The translations under genes were made by a program, and so were the position numbers. The notes under the pieces were generated by a model that had not been told where the DNA came from, made no database searches, and worked only from the letters and a program-made list of their open reading frames with translations. A DNA stretch of 60,050 nt, counting the filler, from Asterionella formosa (Eukaryota), in assembly GCA_002256025.1 (NCBI GenBank). It is 8 parts of 8 records of this genome, joined end to end, with 100 filler letters (N's around TTAATTAATTAA, not from the genome) between each part and the next. Parts side by side here need not be neighbours in the genome. Positions count along the whole stretch, not along the records: positions 7,540 to 14,971 come from NKIB01012451.1; positions 15,072 to 22,498 come from NKIB01012452.1; 6 more parts are not named here. One strand, given 5' to 3'. Of the stretch, positions 10,514 through 21,904 are shown piece by piece. Numbering within the stretch: position 1 is the stretch's first letter; each line of letters begins with the position of its first letter.

Positions 10514-12274
10514 TTAAAATGAGGGTGGAGCGCCATACAGATTGCTGGAATACGTGGGAGAAGGAGCGCCATAAGACATTGGTGGCGGTGCCCCAAACGT
10601 CATGGGTGGTGGTTGGCCATACGACATCGGAGAAGATCCTCCGTAAGAAGGTATGGGGACAGAAGAATTAAAACCATAGGGATTTGCCATGGGCGAGCAA
10701 TAACCTGAAGGAGGGAGAGGCGGAGGGGCGCCCATCGGTGGTGGAGCCATAGGCATTGAGTTACTGCTTGCGTTGGATGCGTCATCGTTGAATTGGTAGC
10801 CATAGTTGCTTTGTTGTGAGGTGGAAATGGTGAGTGAACGTTGCGCTGCGAAATTTAAATCGTCCATCGTGGGAGGGGGAGCTGCACTATTTGCAATTGC
10901 CAGCATGTCAGACGCGTTCATGGGGGCCCCCACACTTCCATGCGCAGAACCTCCTCCAAATGACCCGGAAAAGCTTTGAGCAGAGGTTTCACGTGACATA
11001 TGGGATGCCGGAGCCATCGCAATAGCCACTGGAAATCCACCCATGCCTTGCGGAGCAACCGATCCAGGAGGTAAGTATTGATGTTGCGACCATGAATCTC
11101 CGCCGGGCACAGATCCTGCACCAACGGAACCAGACCCAAGCCCAAAGGAGCCAGAACCCATGCCAAAAGTATTTCCGTTGGTAAGAGAAGGCTGGGCATT
11201 TGCTTCTCTTGTCGATAAAATAGCGGGCTGCTGCGTCTCAAGCTCCTTCAATCTCCCAGAGGCTTGCAGCTTGTATTGTTCTCCTAACTTCTTCAACTGA
11301 TTCACAACATGGTCCATTTGGCCAAAGCATGTTGCTTCCTCCTTGGAAATGGTCATGTCAAACTGTGCCATTTTGACGAGGCAAGGGTGCAAGTCCTTCC
11401 AACTGCGTTCTGTCAGTTCTTCAATATAGATACACATATCCGTCGCAAACTTATCATATGAAGCCTTGGCCGCGACCAGCTTTTCCTCGTTTCTGGCCAA
11501 CTTATCCTGCGACTTGTTGTCCACCATTTTCCCCTTGGCCAATGCTGAATTGGCAGACGCTCTAAGTGACTCTGCCTTTTTTTGGTAATGATCATAGTCC
11601 CGTCGAAGATCTTCCGCAGTCTTGAGTCCTTTCTCAACACGAGTGGTAATAATACGGTCCCATTCGACAATGTAATTGATGACAAATTGACTATACTTAT
11701 CGGCATAACCTTGTGCCTTGGGTGCTAGAGAGTGATGGACAGAGGCAAAGGAGACAATAGAGTCGCGAGGAGTGTCAGGCGAAGGGAGCTTTCCCGCCGC
11801 ATCCAATAGGGGTGAATTGGTGGTCATAGCGGTGATAACTTCTGCGACCTGAGGAGAGAGGGAGCAAGGACCACGCAAGAAGTGAGCAATGCTGACCGTC
11901 AAGAGCATTTTGAACCACCGCACACGCGCTGTCAGAACGCTGTTGCTTCAACCGCCATCGCACGGCCGCTGCCAAATACAGCCGGACTGCACAACATGTT
12001 TAACAGTGTCGTCCAGTTCACTGACGAGAGCGAGCCTCTTTGCCCTACATACGTGGGAACAATACCAGGCTTGGCACAGACATACCTGAAGTCTCGTCTT
12101 GGAAAGCTGCATCATTGAAGCATGATGATTTTTCAGCGCCGCAATGAGCGTAGCTATCCGCTTCTTGAGAACGTTAAAGCTACTGGTAAGTTGTTCCAGA
12201 TCCGCAGATCGGTTGTGAGATTTGCCTCCGCCCACAGCGTCCTTAAGACGGACTCCGACACGAGACTTCGCCAT
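10514..12274 (-). CDS. BAR-domain protein with Pro/Gly/Ser-rich C-terminal tail. Exons 12274-12086 and 11848-10514
   Basis: GTATG...CTCAG intron (12085-11849) joins TRLQ|VAEV in frame. BAR-like helices (LRRDYDHYQKK, DKLARNEEKL) and a PPPM/YG-rich tail. Confidence 0.75.
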
Positions 12275-13574
12275 TTCAATGTTTGTGCTCCGACGGCTGT
12301 GCGTATAAAATGACACTCGATTATATTTGCTATATAATACTAAACCGGTCGTAGAAATATGGAAGTGAATCTGCAATGCACATACCGGTACGAGTACCAG
12401 TACTGGTACCAGGTACCTTACAGTGCTGCTATTATCTACTGACTAACGGATATACTCGGCGTATGATATCTATAATTCGCTTACCGTGCACAATCGGACC
12501 ATCATCATCAGTGGGAGTATTTGTTGATTTATTCTATATGTACAGGATATGCATATTTTTATGTTATCCACATTGCCGTAGGTAATAAATATCCCGGTAC
12601 CTGGTACCAGGTACCAGGGGTANNNNNNNNNNNNNNNNNNNNNNNNNNNNNNNNNNNNNNNNNNNNNNNNNNNNNNNNNNNNNNNNNNNNNNNNNNNNNN
12701 NNNNNNNNNNNNNNNNNNNNNNNNNNNNNNNNNNNNNNNNNNNNNNNNNNNNNNNNNNNNNNNNNNNNNNNNNNNNNNNNNNNNNNNNNNNNNNNNNNNN
12801 NNNNNNNNNNNNNNNNNNNNNNNNNNNNNNNNNNNNNNNNNNNNNNNNNNNNNNNNNNNNNNNNNNNNNNNNNNNNNNNNNNNNNNNNNNNNNNNNNNNN
12901 NNNNNNNNNNNNNNNNNNNNNNNNNNNNNNNNNNNNNNNNNNNNNNNNNNNNNNNNNNNNNNNNNNNNNNNNNNNNNNNNNNNNNNNNNNNNNNNNNNNN
13001 NNNNNNNNNNNNNNNNNNNNNNNGGTACGTAGAATTAAACATTTGGTAAACGTTTTTCTCTGTGTCCGGCAATGATTGGGTTTGTCGTGATTTGCAATGC
13101 AGTTGTTTATATCGTGATCCGTTTATCCTGTACTAGGAATGAAGCAGTTTCTTGCTTGCTTTAGAGAAGAATGTGTTGCATATACATACAGTACGCTACA
13201 TACCGGTAATCATGTGTACAGGTATTACTGGTAGACTACCTTATTTCTGCACGGCAGCCGGCAAGAAAGCCTACTAAATTAGTGTACTATGATCCAATAA
13301 AGTTGAGAAACAAAAAAAATCGATTCTCTAAACCAAAAAAGCTACATGGCATTCCTGTATGCACCATCGAAAAGGCAAATGACTGTCTATGTAGTGCTGA
13401 TAGGGAGCATTTCTGATTTCAAAATTATGTCGCATCAGATTATCTTTCTTGTTGTAGTTCCTGCCTTTTTTGGTAGCACATTCTTTATTCCATTCCTACC
13501 ATTTTGAACTCTCCACATCTGCTGGTTTAAATTTCCGCTTGAGAATCATTGTTGTTCCAATGTGATTTTTGATT

Positions 13575-13892
13575 GTAGTGCTGGCTGGCTGGAGAATGCG
13601 CATTTGCAGTATTCTTGATGGTTTGCTTTACATAATCTTGTTTGTCGTTATTGTTGTTGGGTAACAAGTGGGTTTGTTCCTCCTTTTCCTGGCTGTAGTG
13701 GTGCTGGCTGGAAAACACGCGTTTGCAGAGTTCTTGACGGTTCTCTTATCATAATCTTATTCATTGTCGTTGTTGTTGTTGTTGTTGTTGTTGTTTAGGG
13801 AATTGGTTTGCTGTTCTGTTGCTTTTTGTAGCGCTGGCTGGACAATGCCTGTTTGTAGCATTCTTGATGGCTCTCTTATTGTAATCTCATTT
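13575..13892. repeat. Three degenerate ~120-130-bp tandem copies with an embedded (GTT)n tract
   Basis: GTAG..GCTGGCTGGA....TTTG..G..TTCTTGA.GG..CATAATCT recurs near 13575, 13695 and 13828. Confidence 0.75.
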
Positions 13893-15106
13893 TTTATTAC
13901 TGTTACGGTAGTAGGGATATTGTTGTATTCTGCTGATGTAATTGTTTAAATTGTATCAACATTGCCATCGATGAAGAAGGGAGTGGCTTTCGACATGGTG
14001 GATTGCTGCCAGAGTACTAGCCATATCCTCGTGAGTAGAACATGTGACTAGAAGTTTGCAATAGAAATTGTTCGCTTAGGAATTGAAATACCAGAAAGGC
14101 CCGGCAGCGCACATTTTATGCGTACTTAGTATTCAGTTTCGGATCACTCTTAATGACTCATTCCATGCCATCCCGACGAGATAGGCTGGCAGTATATATT
14201 TCGACCATTTCCATATTGTATATACAGGTGCTTGCATAAATCCTCCCTGTCATCTGTGTACTTACGTGACGCTAGCAGTCCTACAGGACATACAAATTTG
14301 GTAGCCCGGTTGGTGATCATTTCCATATTATGTACAGGGGCATCCAGCATGATGCCTCACTTTTACATATGTAGTTTTGCATGTAACCAAAATCCTACAG
14401 AATTTATTACTTTGGTGACCTGGTGACTTTTCCATATTCTTCATACAGGTGTCACTAAAATTGAAATGCAGCCTTACTACTAGTGGGTATTAGCTAGCTA
14501 TTATAGTGTTTTACCTGTGTTTCTAACTGGCACCTCCATTTTTATATAGAAATTAACATACCAGAATATACATTCTTCATGATCTATGCAACCATATAGA
14601 TCATACACCGGTAATCAAATTTTTCTGTCAATAATCATTTCAGACCAGAAAGTATGAACTGTTATCAATAAAGTTTGATTCTTAAAAATTTAGTATGTTT
14701 TATAGACCATTCATAAACCCCTATTTCTTTAGACAAGTTTTTCATTGTCAGTGCTGCTACCTGCCGAAAAGACCTGTGCTTCCTTAGTTTCTTAGCATAA
14801 TAGGTGATTCCCCAACCACCTTTCGTGAGAGGTACTAGTCGTCTTAGCCACAGCATTAGTAGAGGAAACTCCAACCGCCTAGGAAGGCGGCATAAGCTGC
14901 TTGTAGGGGGGAAACCCACTATTGCTTGCAAACCAGGCAAGACCGTGCGAGACGGTCAGGAGTGTGGTATTNNNNNNNNNNNNNNNNNNNNNNNNNNNNN
15001 NNNNNNNNNNNNNNNTTAATTAATTAANNNNNNNNNNNNNNNNNNNNNNNNNNNNNNNNNNNNNNNNNNNNAAGAAATTTACTTAGGTCCATTATAAGGG
15101 AAATCT

Positions 15107-15189
15107 CTTCATTGTCCTGGGCCCCCCTTAAGTAAAATCAGTCAAATTCAGTCACGGCAGTGTACATTGGGGGGTCCAGGACAATGAAG
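15107..15189. mobile_element. Short inverted-repeat (MITE-like) unit, copy 1
   Basis: 21-bp inverted repeat CTTCATTGTCCTGGGCCCCCC / GGGGGGTCCAGGACAATGAAG (1 mismatch). A near-identical copy lies at 30310-30383. Confidence 0.7.
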
Positions 15190-15547
15190 TATACGGTATC
15201 TGCATGGTTGTACCGGTACTGTATAATTGAAATGATTATAACGCACATCTTGTTTACCGGTACCTGGTACGTCGACTGAGGAGATCATTTTGGCGCGCCA
15301 TATTATCCGATATTTATTTTACATACTAAAAAGAAAAGAAAATCTGATCTACCCTGTCTCTGAACCTGATCATGCAATGATATTAAGGTATGTATACTGG
15401 ATGTTTAGCCACGACAACCCGACATACCAGTATCTACTGCAGATGAAGAGTCATACCCTCCCGCCCCACCCCTGCAATTGAGTTCCATTTTATTTTATTT
15501 TATTTTGTTTTGTTCAGACAGATACAAAATAGACTACCAGTAGTGCT

Positions 15548-18126
15548 ATGAGTGGTGACACGACAGTCCTCCCCGCCACAGCCGTTGCAGTCGTTGTTTC
15601 GCGTGGCAAGCACACGTCGTTGGAAATCAGCGTCGCTGCTCAAATTCCGGTGAAGCGAAAGCATGTCAACGACACCGTTCAATTCGTTCTGGAACACTAC
15701 GAGTTCATGGAAGACAGGCGCTACTTGAGTCATCTGGATGCATTGCTGGGGAGGCTGGCTCCATTGAGTTGCATCCATTTGGGATGCACGGAAACAGCAG
15801 AGGTTAGTTTTGCGCAACAGTACCCCAAACAACATCAAACTCACATTCACTCACATATCTCATCGATCAATCTTCAACCTCAAAATTCACAAAGCCCTCC
15901 ATCAAAGCGAATGTTGCTGCTGATCGCAAAGCTCAGCAAGTTGCGGATCTTTTGGAGCGGATCGCAAACTCCATTTCTACCCGATCGGATCTAGCTGATA
16001 CCACAACGATGGACTATTGCGACCTCACCAACATTTACAGATCCCTTCCTACTATACCTGACTCGCTTCCCCACATGCTCCAACACTTACTCTCGGAGCA
16101 ATCATTTCTGGCATATCGAGGGGCTGTCGTGTCAGAACTTTCCAAAAAGGCAATGGAGCTTTTGTTGCACGGGCAAGGACTTGTCGGCAAGGCAGACACA
16201 ACTCTCCAGACATGTCAGTGGTCCCAGGGGGTCTTGTCTTCTCATTTGGTGTTGGATCGTACCGCCGCGGAAACGATTCATCTACTTCCACCCCCTCATG
16301 TGGGGGCAGCCACCGTCATGGGAGGACACAAGTCCAATAACTCCTTGTACGGAATTCTCAATCAGTGCAAAACACCCATGGGATCGAGAGAATTAATGAT
16401 TTGGTTACGACAACCATTGGTGGATTTGAATGCCATCCTCCAACGCCAGACTGCGGTTGGCGCGTTAGTAAACAACTCACTAGGAAGAGACCGCTTGAGA
16501 GATGAAGGACTGACGGGGATGACTGGTGTTGACCTAGACAAACTTGCGGCGCGATTGTCACAATACAAGGTGACGAATAGTGCTTGCAATGGCCATGCTT
16601 TGGAAGTATTGTACAAAATGTATACACTCGCCACAAAGCAAATTCCAATCCTTTTGGACGCCTTGATTGATGCGACCAACAATGACGATTCGCCAATTTT
16701 GTTGGAGGCGGCTTCTGGATTGGAGCGTTGTCTCGCGGAATTGGTGGGACCCACGCAGCTGACGGGGCTTGCGGAAACCATTATTGATTTGGATATGGCA
16801 CCTAGAGAGTACATGGTGAAAGCATCTTTTGATGACCGACTAGGAGAATTGTCGGAAGAATTGAACCAAACCATTCATGACATGGAGGACTGCCATGCCA
16901 ACATGACCAGGACATGGCAATCAGTGTCGGGACAGACTACTCAAGTACGATTAGAAGAGAGTGATAATGGACTGGAATTTCGTTTACCAGACGCTAATAG
17001 CATCAAGATTTTGCAGTCGTCTTTGGGGAATCAAGTATCGGTGACTAAAGTACTGAAGAATGGAACCTACTTTGTCACGAAGGAGTTGTCTCAGTTGGGG
17101 GAACAGAAACGAGCTTTGATGGATGAATATGAATCGGTTCAGCAAGTGATAGTCGGACAATGCATGGAATCGGCGACTACGTATGCTCCTGTTTTGGAAC
17201 GCCTTTCGGCATTAGTGAGTGAATTGGATATTTTGGCTAGTTTAGCCCACGTGGCGGCCTATAATTCACATGGGTACTGCAAACCAGAAATGACTGATTC
17301 AGAGGATGATGGTTTCGGCATTGAGTTGAAGCAAGCTCGTCACCCATGTGTGGAATTGCAAGAAGGTGTCGAATTTATCCCCAATGATATTTCCCTTGTC
17401 TTTGGTGAGTCTTCATTTTTACTAGTCACTGGACCAAACATGGGAGGAAAATCCACCTATATACGTTCATTGGGTGCAATTGTTACCCTGGCTCAGATTG
17501 GGTCATATGTACCATGCCAGTCGGCTAAAATTAATATTGTCCACCATATTTTGGCTCGTGTGGGTGCTGGTGATGCCCAAGACCGTGGCATTTCAACGTT
17601 CATGGCCGAGATGCTTGAGTCGTCTGCCATTCTCAACAAGGCGACCAAGAGATCTCTCATCATCATCGATGAGCTGGGCCGTGGCACATCCACATATGAT
17701 GGATATGGGTTAGCATCTGCCATTTCCGATTACATTGTCCAACGTGTTGGTTGCATGTCTGTTTTTGCCACTCATTTTCACGAACTCACGGCCATGGAAC
17801 AAGAGCACGCACAAGTCAAGAACTGTCACGTGTCCGCGACCACCACAGAAGCAGGATTGTCATTTTTATACCATGTTAAGGACGGTCCCTGCCTCGAATC
17901 CTTTGGGATTCAAGTGGCGGAAATGGCTCAGGTTCCACAGGCTGTGATTGTCGATGCCAAGCGTCGTGCCAAGGAGTTGGAAAAGTTTGAGTACTGCAAG
18001 AAGAGCAAAGCATCCCTGTCCACACAAGAATCCTTTCGTGCCAAGTTCAAGGCGATCCCTTTTGATACTTTGTCTGTGGCAGAGAAACGCCGTGCACTTC
18101 AAGAACTGGTTGGCGAAGTGCAATGA
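15548..18126 (+). CDS. MSH2: DNA mismatch repair protein MSH2. Exon 1 15548-15802; exon 2 from 15895 (or 15937) to 18126
   Basis: SLYGILNQCKTPMGSR, ARHPCVELQ, TGPNMGGKSTYIR, STFMAEMLE, IIIDELGRGTSTYDG, FATHFHELT and SFGIQVAEMA. GTTAGT donor at 15803 with in-frame AG acceptors. Confidence 0.93.
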
Positions 18127-19033
18127 TTTGATATTCTTGACGAAACTTTTGAAAAGAAGGAAAAGAAAGTCTCCGTAGTGAGCAGCAACAAATTGGCGGC
18201 AGAGAGTGAGATTTGCTCCATTAAGACTGCATTGCTTCAAGAAAAGGACCTTTTCATGTTCTTTAGGATATGACAAGAGTGTTTTATTATTCTTGGAGTT
18301 TCATATTAAAAAATGATCATATCATAGATGACTCACATCACTTCTTCACTTCATAAAATCATGGCGATGTTTTGAGGTCTCATTTTGGGCCGTTTCCTTT
18401 ATTTCATGTTGTCATTTATGGACGTACCCCATCATTCGCTCATTACACATGAGCTTGCTTGAGATCAGATCTCCGGATCTAGTCCCAATAGAAATTTTCT
18501 TATTCCATTTATTGTCTTTTTTCACAAATTCACGACTGTTGTTGGCACAAATGGCGACAATAGTTGGCGCCATTTATTTATATCGGCCAATTTTGAGTGA
18601 TCAATAACCAATAATCAGCCATACATAAAAGCAGATAACACAGGATATCAATCGCAGTACCGGTATTATATCATATTTATACCGGAATATCTATATAAAT
18701 GTATACCTTAAAACACAGACAAGAGAGTACCAGGTACCAGAACATCGTGCTGGCATCATCAGCCACAGACAAGATCTTTCAACTCTTCATAATTAATTTG
18801 TATTATCCATTACCGGTAGTGTATACGTATATAAACTTCGGTATTTTCTTCACCATATCTTTTTCGGTATTTTTCTCATGGTCACGCTTGCTCTTGAACT
18901 TGTGCTGTTGTGCCTTGGACCTGATTTTGCCGCGTTTTCTTCTGTCCTGGTCAACAGTAGAACTTTCCCGAAACGATGGCAGCCTGTTTACTAATGAATC
19001 ACATGCTGCTAACAGCAACAATGTGATGATAAT

Positions 19034-19043
19034 GTCGTCATCG

Positions 19044-19078
<35 letters not shown>

Positions 19079-19103
19079 GTCATCGTCATCGTCATCGTCA
19101 TCA
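19034..19103. repeat. (TCA/TCG)n microsatellite
   Basis: About 23 trinucleotide units are directly visible. Confidence 0.95.
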
Positions 19104-19360
19104 GGAGACAAGAGGAATGCTGACATGGTCAGTGACTGATGACAATTGCAATCACTTCAATGACAATTATTGTATATGATACATCTTTAAAGTAATCAAA
19201 AGTGGAGGCCTGGCCAACGAGAGGATGCATCGCTAGGAACATTTAACGGTTAATAATTAGTACAGTTAAATTTATTTTCAATGTCTTATCTAAAATAATT
19301 TTAGTATGAAAAAGTCAAAGGATCGAAAAAAAAATTGGCACAAACAATAAATTTGGTTTC

Positions 19361-21904
19361 ATGAATCATTTCTTATATTTGGGTAGACTTATTATGACAG
19401 CCAGAATGAAAATGTGGAGGACAGCTGCTGCCAGCATTACCAACCGACCGAGGTCGACTCATCGTCGTTGGGTATCGGCCCTGACCGATGGCGGTGACTA
19501 CTTCAAAACGAGTGATGCGGGAAATACCCCGCTTGTGATGGGATGCGTCTGTTACGATCCTGCCGTCGATGACATTTGGGCTGGCATTAAGACGTACCTG
19601 CGCCACCAATGTGGCGTACCATTCGACTACGTGCTATTTACCAACTACGAAGCCCAAGTCAGGTCCCTCGTCAATGGCCACATTGACTTGGCTTGGAATG
19701 GTCCGATCGCCCACGTTATGACTGAAGAGCTTGCTCATCGTACTCCCGGAACCACTGTCGTATCTCTGGGCATGAGGGATGTCGACCGGGACTTTCAGTC
19801 CACCATTGTTGTGAAACGGAGTGCCAAGATTCATGTGCTGGAAGATTTGCAGAATCGCCACATAATGACGGGAGCCAGTGACTCGCCACAGGCACATCTG
19901 CTGCCACTCTATCACTTGCGCAAATCTACCATCACCCCCGGTCAGATCACGGCGTTTGATCTGGACCTTGGCAAACATGGCGATACTGCTGCTGGGGAAA
20001 TCAAAGCAATTGAGGTCCTCTCCACGACGGAACAAGGTGATGCGGCGATTGTTTCCAAACTAATGTGGGATCGAGCGGTTCAGGGACTGATTCCCACATT
20101 GGACCCTGTTAGGATTCAGAATAATTGCGAGGAATTGGTAAATGCCAACCTTCCAACTTTTGACCATTGTCAATTTGATGCCATTCTAACTACAGAAAAT
20201 GAATCGAAGCTAAATGATTTTAGTGAAGCCTTGCTTTCCATGGATTGGGAAATCCCCGAACAACGTCGTTTAATGAAACTCGAGGGGATCCAAAAGAAAT
20301 GGGAAGGCCCGAGACAGACAGGATACGATATTGTCAGAAGTGCCATGGGTTTGCGATTGGACCAACACCACCCCGCCATGAATTTTCAAAAGCGTTGCAT
20401 GTCAAGCGCTCATCAACGTCCACCAAAACGAGTGGCAGTTGTTGGGGCTGGAGTGGCGGGCCTTCAGGCCATTCGTGCTCTCAAATCTCATGGTTTCGAT
20501 GTGACTGCCTTTGAAGGGGCAAGCACTGTCGGTGGACTATGGAAGGCCAATTATGCCAACTTTGGAGTGCAGGTTCCAAAGCAACTGTATGAATTTCAAG
20601 ATTTCCCAATGACGGATGTTGCTTGGGGAGATTATGCATCTGGACAACAAGTTCAGGCCTATATTGAAAAATATTCAGATGCATATGGTTTACGTGATGC
20701 TATCAAGTTCAATACACATGTGACTGGTGTACAACAAATGGAGGATGGAACATGGAAGGTACAAATCGAAACCGAACAAGGCACTCAGAATCAAGACTTT
20801 GATTACCTTGTCATGGCCACGGGGATATACTCGGTTATGAACAAGATCATCCCCGTCAAACCTGGCCAGGATAATTTCTCGGGAAAGATTGTTCATAGTT
20901 CCGACTTTCGGGATGCAACGGTGGCCAAGGACAAGCGCGTGGTGGTGGTTGGCGGTGGTAAAAGTGCCATTGATTGTGCTATTGAAGCATCACGGGCGGG
21001 TGCGTCTTCTGTCACACTTCTGCAGCGAACGTCTCATTGGCCCACCCCACGCAAGATTGCTGGAATCATTCCGTTCCAATATATCTTCTTGAGTCGACTT
21101 GGAACTGCTCTTGTAAGTGCACACCGCGGAACTTTTCCAGGTGGAAGTGGAAAGGCTGTGAATACCTTTCGAAATAGCATCATTGGCCCTGCATTGGTGA
21201 AACCTATTTTTAGGATGGTGGAAGAACTATTTGCCTTTCAGTTTGCCCTACGTGGTGATTTGAGACCCAAAACAGACGTTGTTTCTAGTTTTTATGATGT
21301 TGGCATTGTACTTAACTCAGATCTTCCTGATATGAGAAAGGCGGGAAAAGTCAAGATGCAAATGGGCGAGATTGACAAGTATGAAGGCGATAGCACGCTC
21401 CGATTAAAAGACAACTCGACTCTTGAGGCTGACCTGATCGTTTCTGCAACAGGCTTTGCACAGGACTACTCCATCTTTTCTGACCCCACTACGCGTGAGG
21501 ATCTTGACCTTCAAACCGATGGAATGTACTTGTACCGCTACATTCTTCCCGAAAAGGTGAAAAACCTTGCGTTTATAGGTCATATGGCAGCGATTTCCAA
21601 TATTTCAACATATGGGTTACAGGCCGAGTGGTTGGCGCGTAATCTGACTGGCAGTCTCGTCTCTGGTGGCACGAACGAAACAACTGCACATTTGAAAGAT
21701 GAAATCGAGGCAAGAAAGCGCTGGGCCCGATCTTGGATGCCTGAAAATGCCAATCGCGGTATGCTTGTGCTCTTGCATCAAATACATTATCATGATCAAC
21801 TCCTTAGGGACATGGGCTTGAATCCACATCGAAAGGGGAATCCAATATCAGAATACCTTATGCCGTACGAACCGGCCGATTACGATGGAATCATTGGCAA
21901 ATGA
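19361..21904 (+). CDS. Fusion of a PhnD-like (type 2 periplasmic-binding fold) domain and a class B flavin-containing monooxygenase; probable mitochondrial presequence
   Basis: Intronless 847-aa ORF; the true start may be a later Met (19394-19412). N-half has FDYVLFTNYEAQVRSLVNGHIDLAWNGP, GASDSPQAHLLP and FDHCQF. C-half has GAGVAG, GGLW, FSGKIVHSSDF (FxGxxxHxxxF), GGGKSA and ATGF. Confidence 0.88.
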   Translation: MNHFLYLGRLIMTARMKMWRTAAASITNRPRSTHRRWVSALTDGGDYFKTSDAGNTPLVMGCVCYDPAVDDIWAGIKTYLRHQCGVPFDYVLFTNYEAQVRSLVNGHIDLAWNGPIAHVMTEELAHRTPGTTVVSLGMRDVDRDFQSTIVVKRSAKIHVLEDLQNRHIMTGASDSPQAHLLPLYHLRKSTITPGQITAFDLDLGKHGDTAAGEIKAIEVLSTTEQGDAAIVSKLMWDRAVQGLIPTLDPVRIQNNCEELVNANLPTFDHCQFDAILTTENESKLNDFSEALLSMDWEIPEQRRLMKLEGIQKKWEGPRQTGYDIVRSAMGLRLDQHHPAMNFQKRCMSSAHQRPPKRVAVVGAGVAGLQAIRALKSHGFDVTAFEGASTVGGLWKANYANFGVQVPKQLYEFQDFPMTDVAWGDYASGQQVQAYIEKYSDAYGLRDAIKFNTHVTGVQQMEDGTWKVQIETEQGTQNQDFDYLVMATGIYSVMNKIIPVKPGQDNFSGKIVHSSDFRDATVAKDKRVVVVGGGKSAIDCAIEASRAGASSVTLLQRTSHWPTPRKIAGIIPFQYIFLSRLGTALVSAHRGTFPGGSGKAVNTFRNSIIGPALVKPIFRMVEELFAFQFALRGDLRPKTDVVSSFYDVGIVLNSDLPDMRKAGKVKMQMGEIDKYEGDSTLRLKDNSTLEADLIVSATGFAQDYSIFSDPTTREDLDLQTDGMYLYRYILPEKVKNLAFIGHMAAISNISTYGLQAEWLARNLTGSLVSGGTNETTAHLKDEIEARKRWARSWMPENANRGMLVLLHQIHYHDQLLRDMGLNPHRKGNPISEYLMPYEPADYDGIIGK

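Noticed and set aside
14860..14945. RNase P RNA resemblance (GAGGAAACTCC, GGGGGGAAACCCAC, GCAAGACC)
   Set aside because: Other conserved regions and spacing are missing; short hairpin matches can be coincidental.
18699..19139. Poly-Ser / poly-Asp ORFs
   Set aside because: Held open by the microsatellite; no domain evidence.
7602..21904. Phosphorus gene cluster (SPX-MFS plus PhnD-like fusion)
   Set aside because: The genes lie on different scaffolds separated by an artificial linker.
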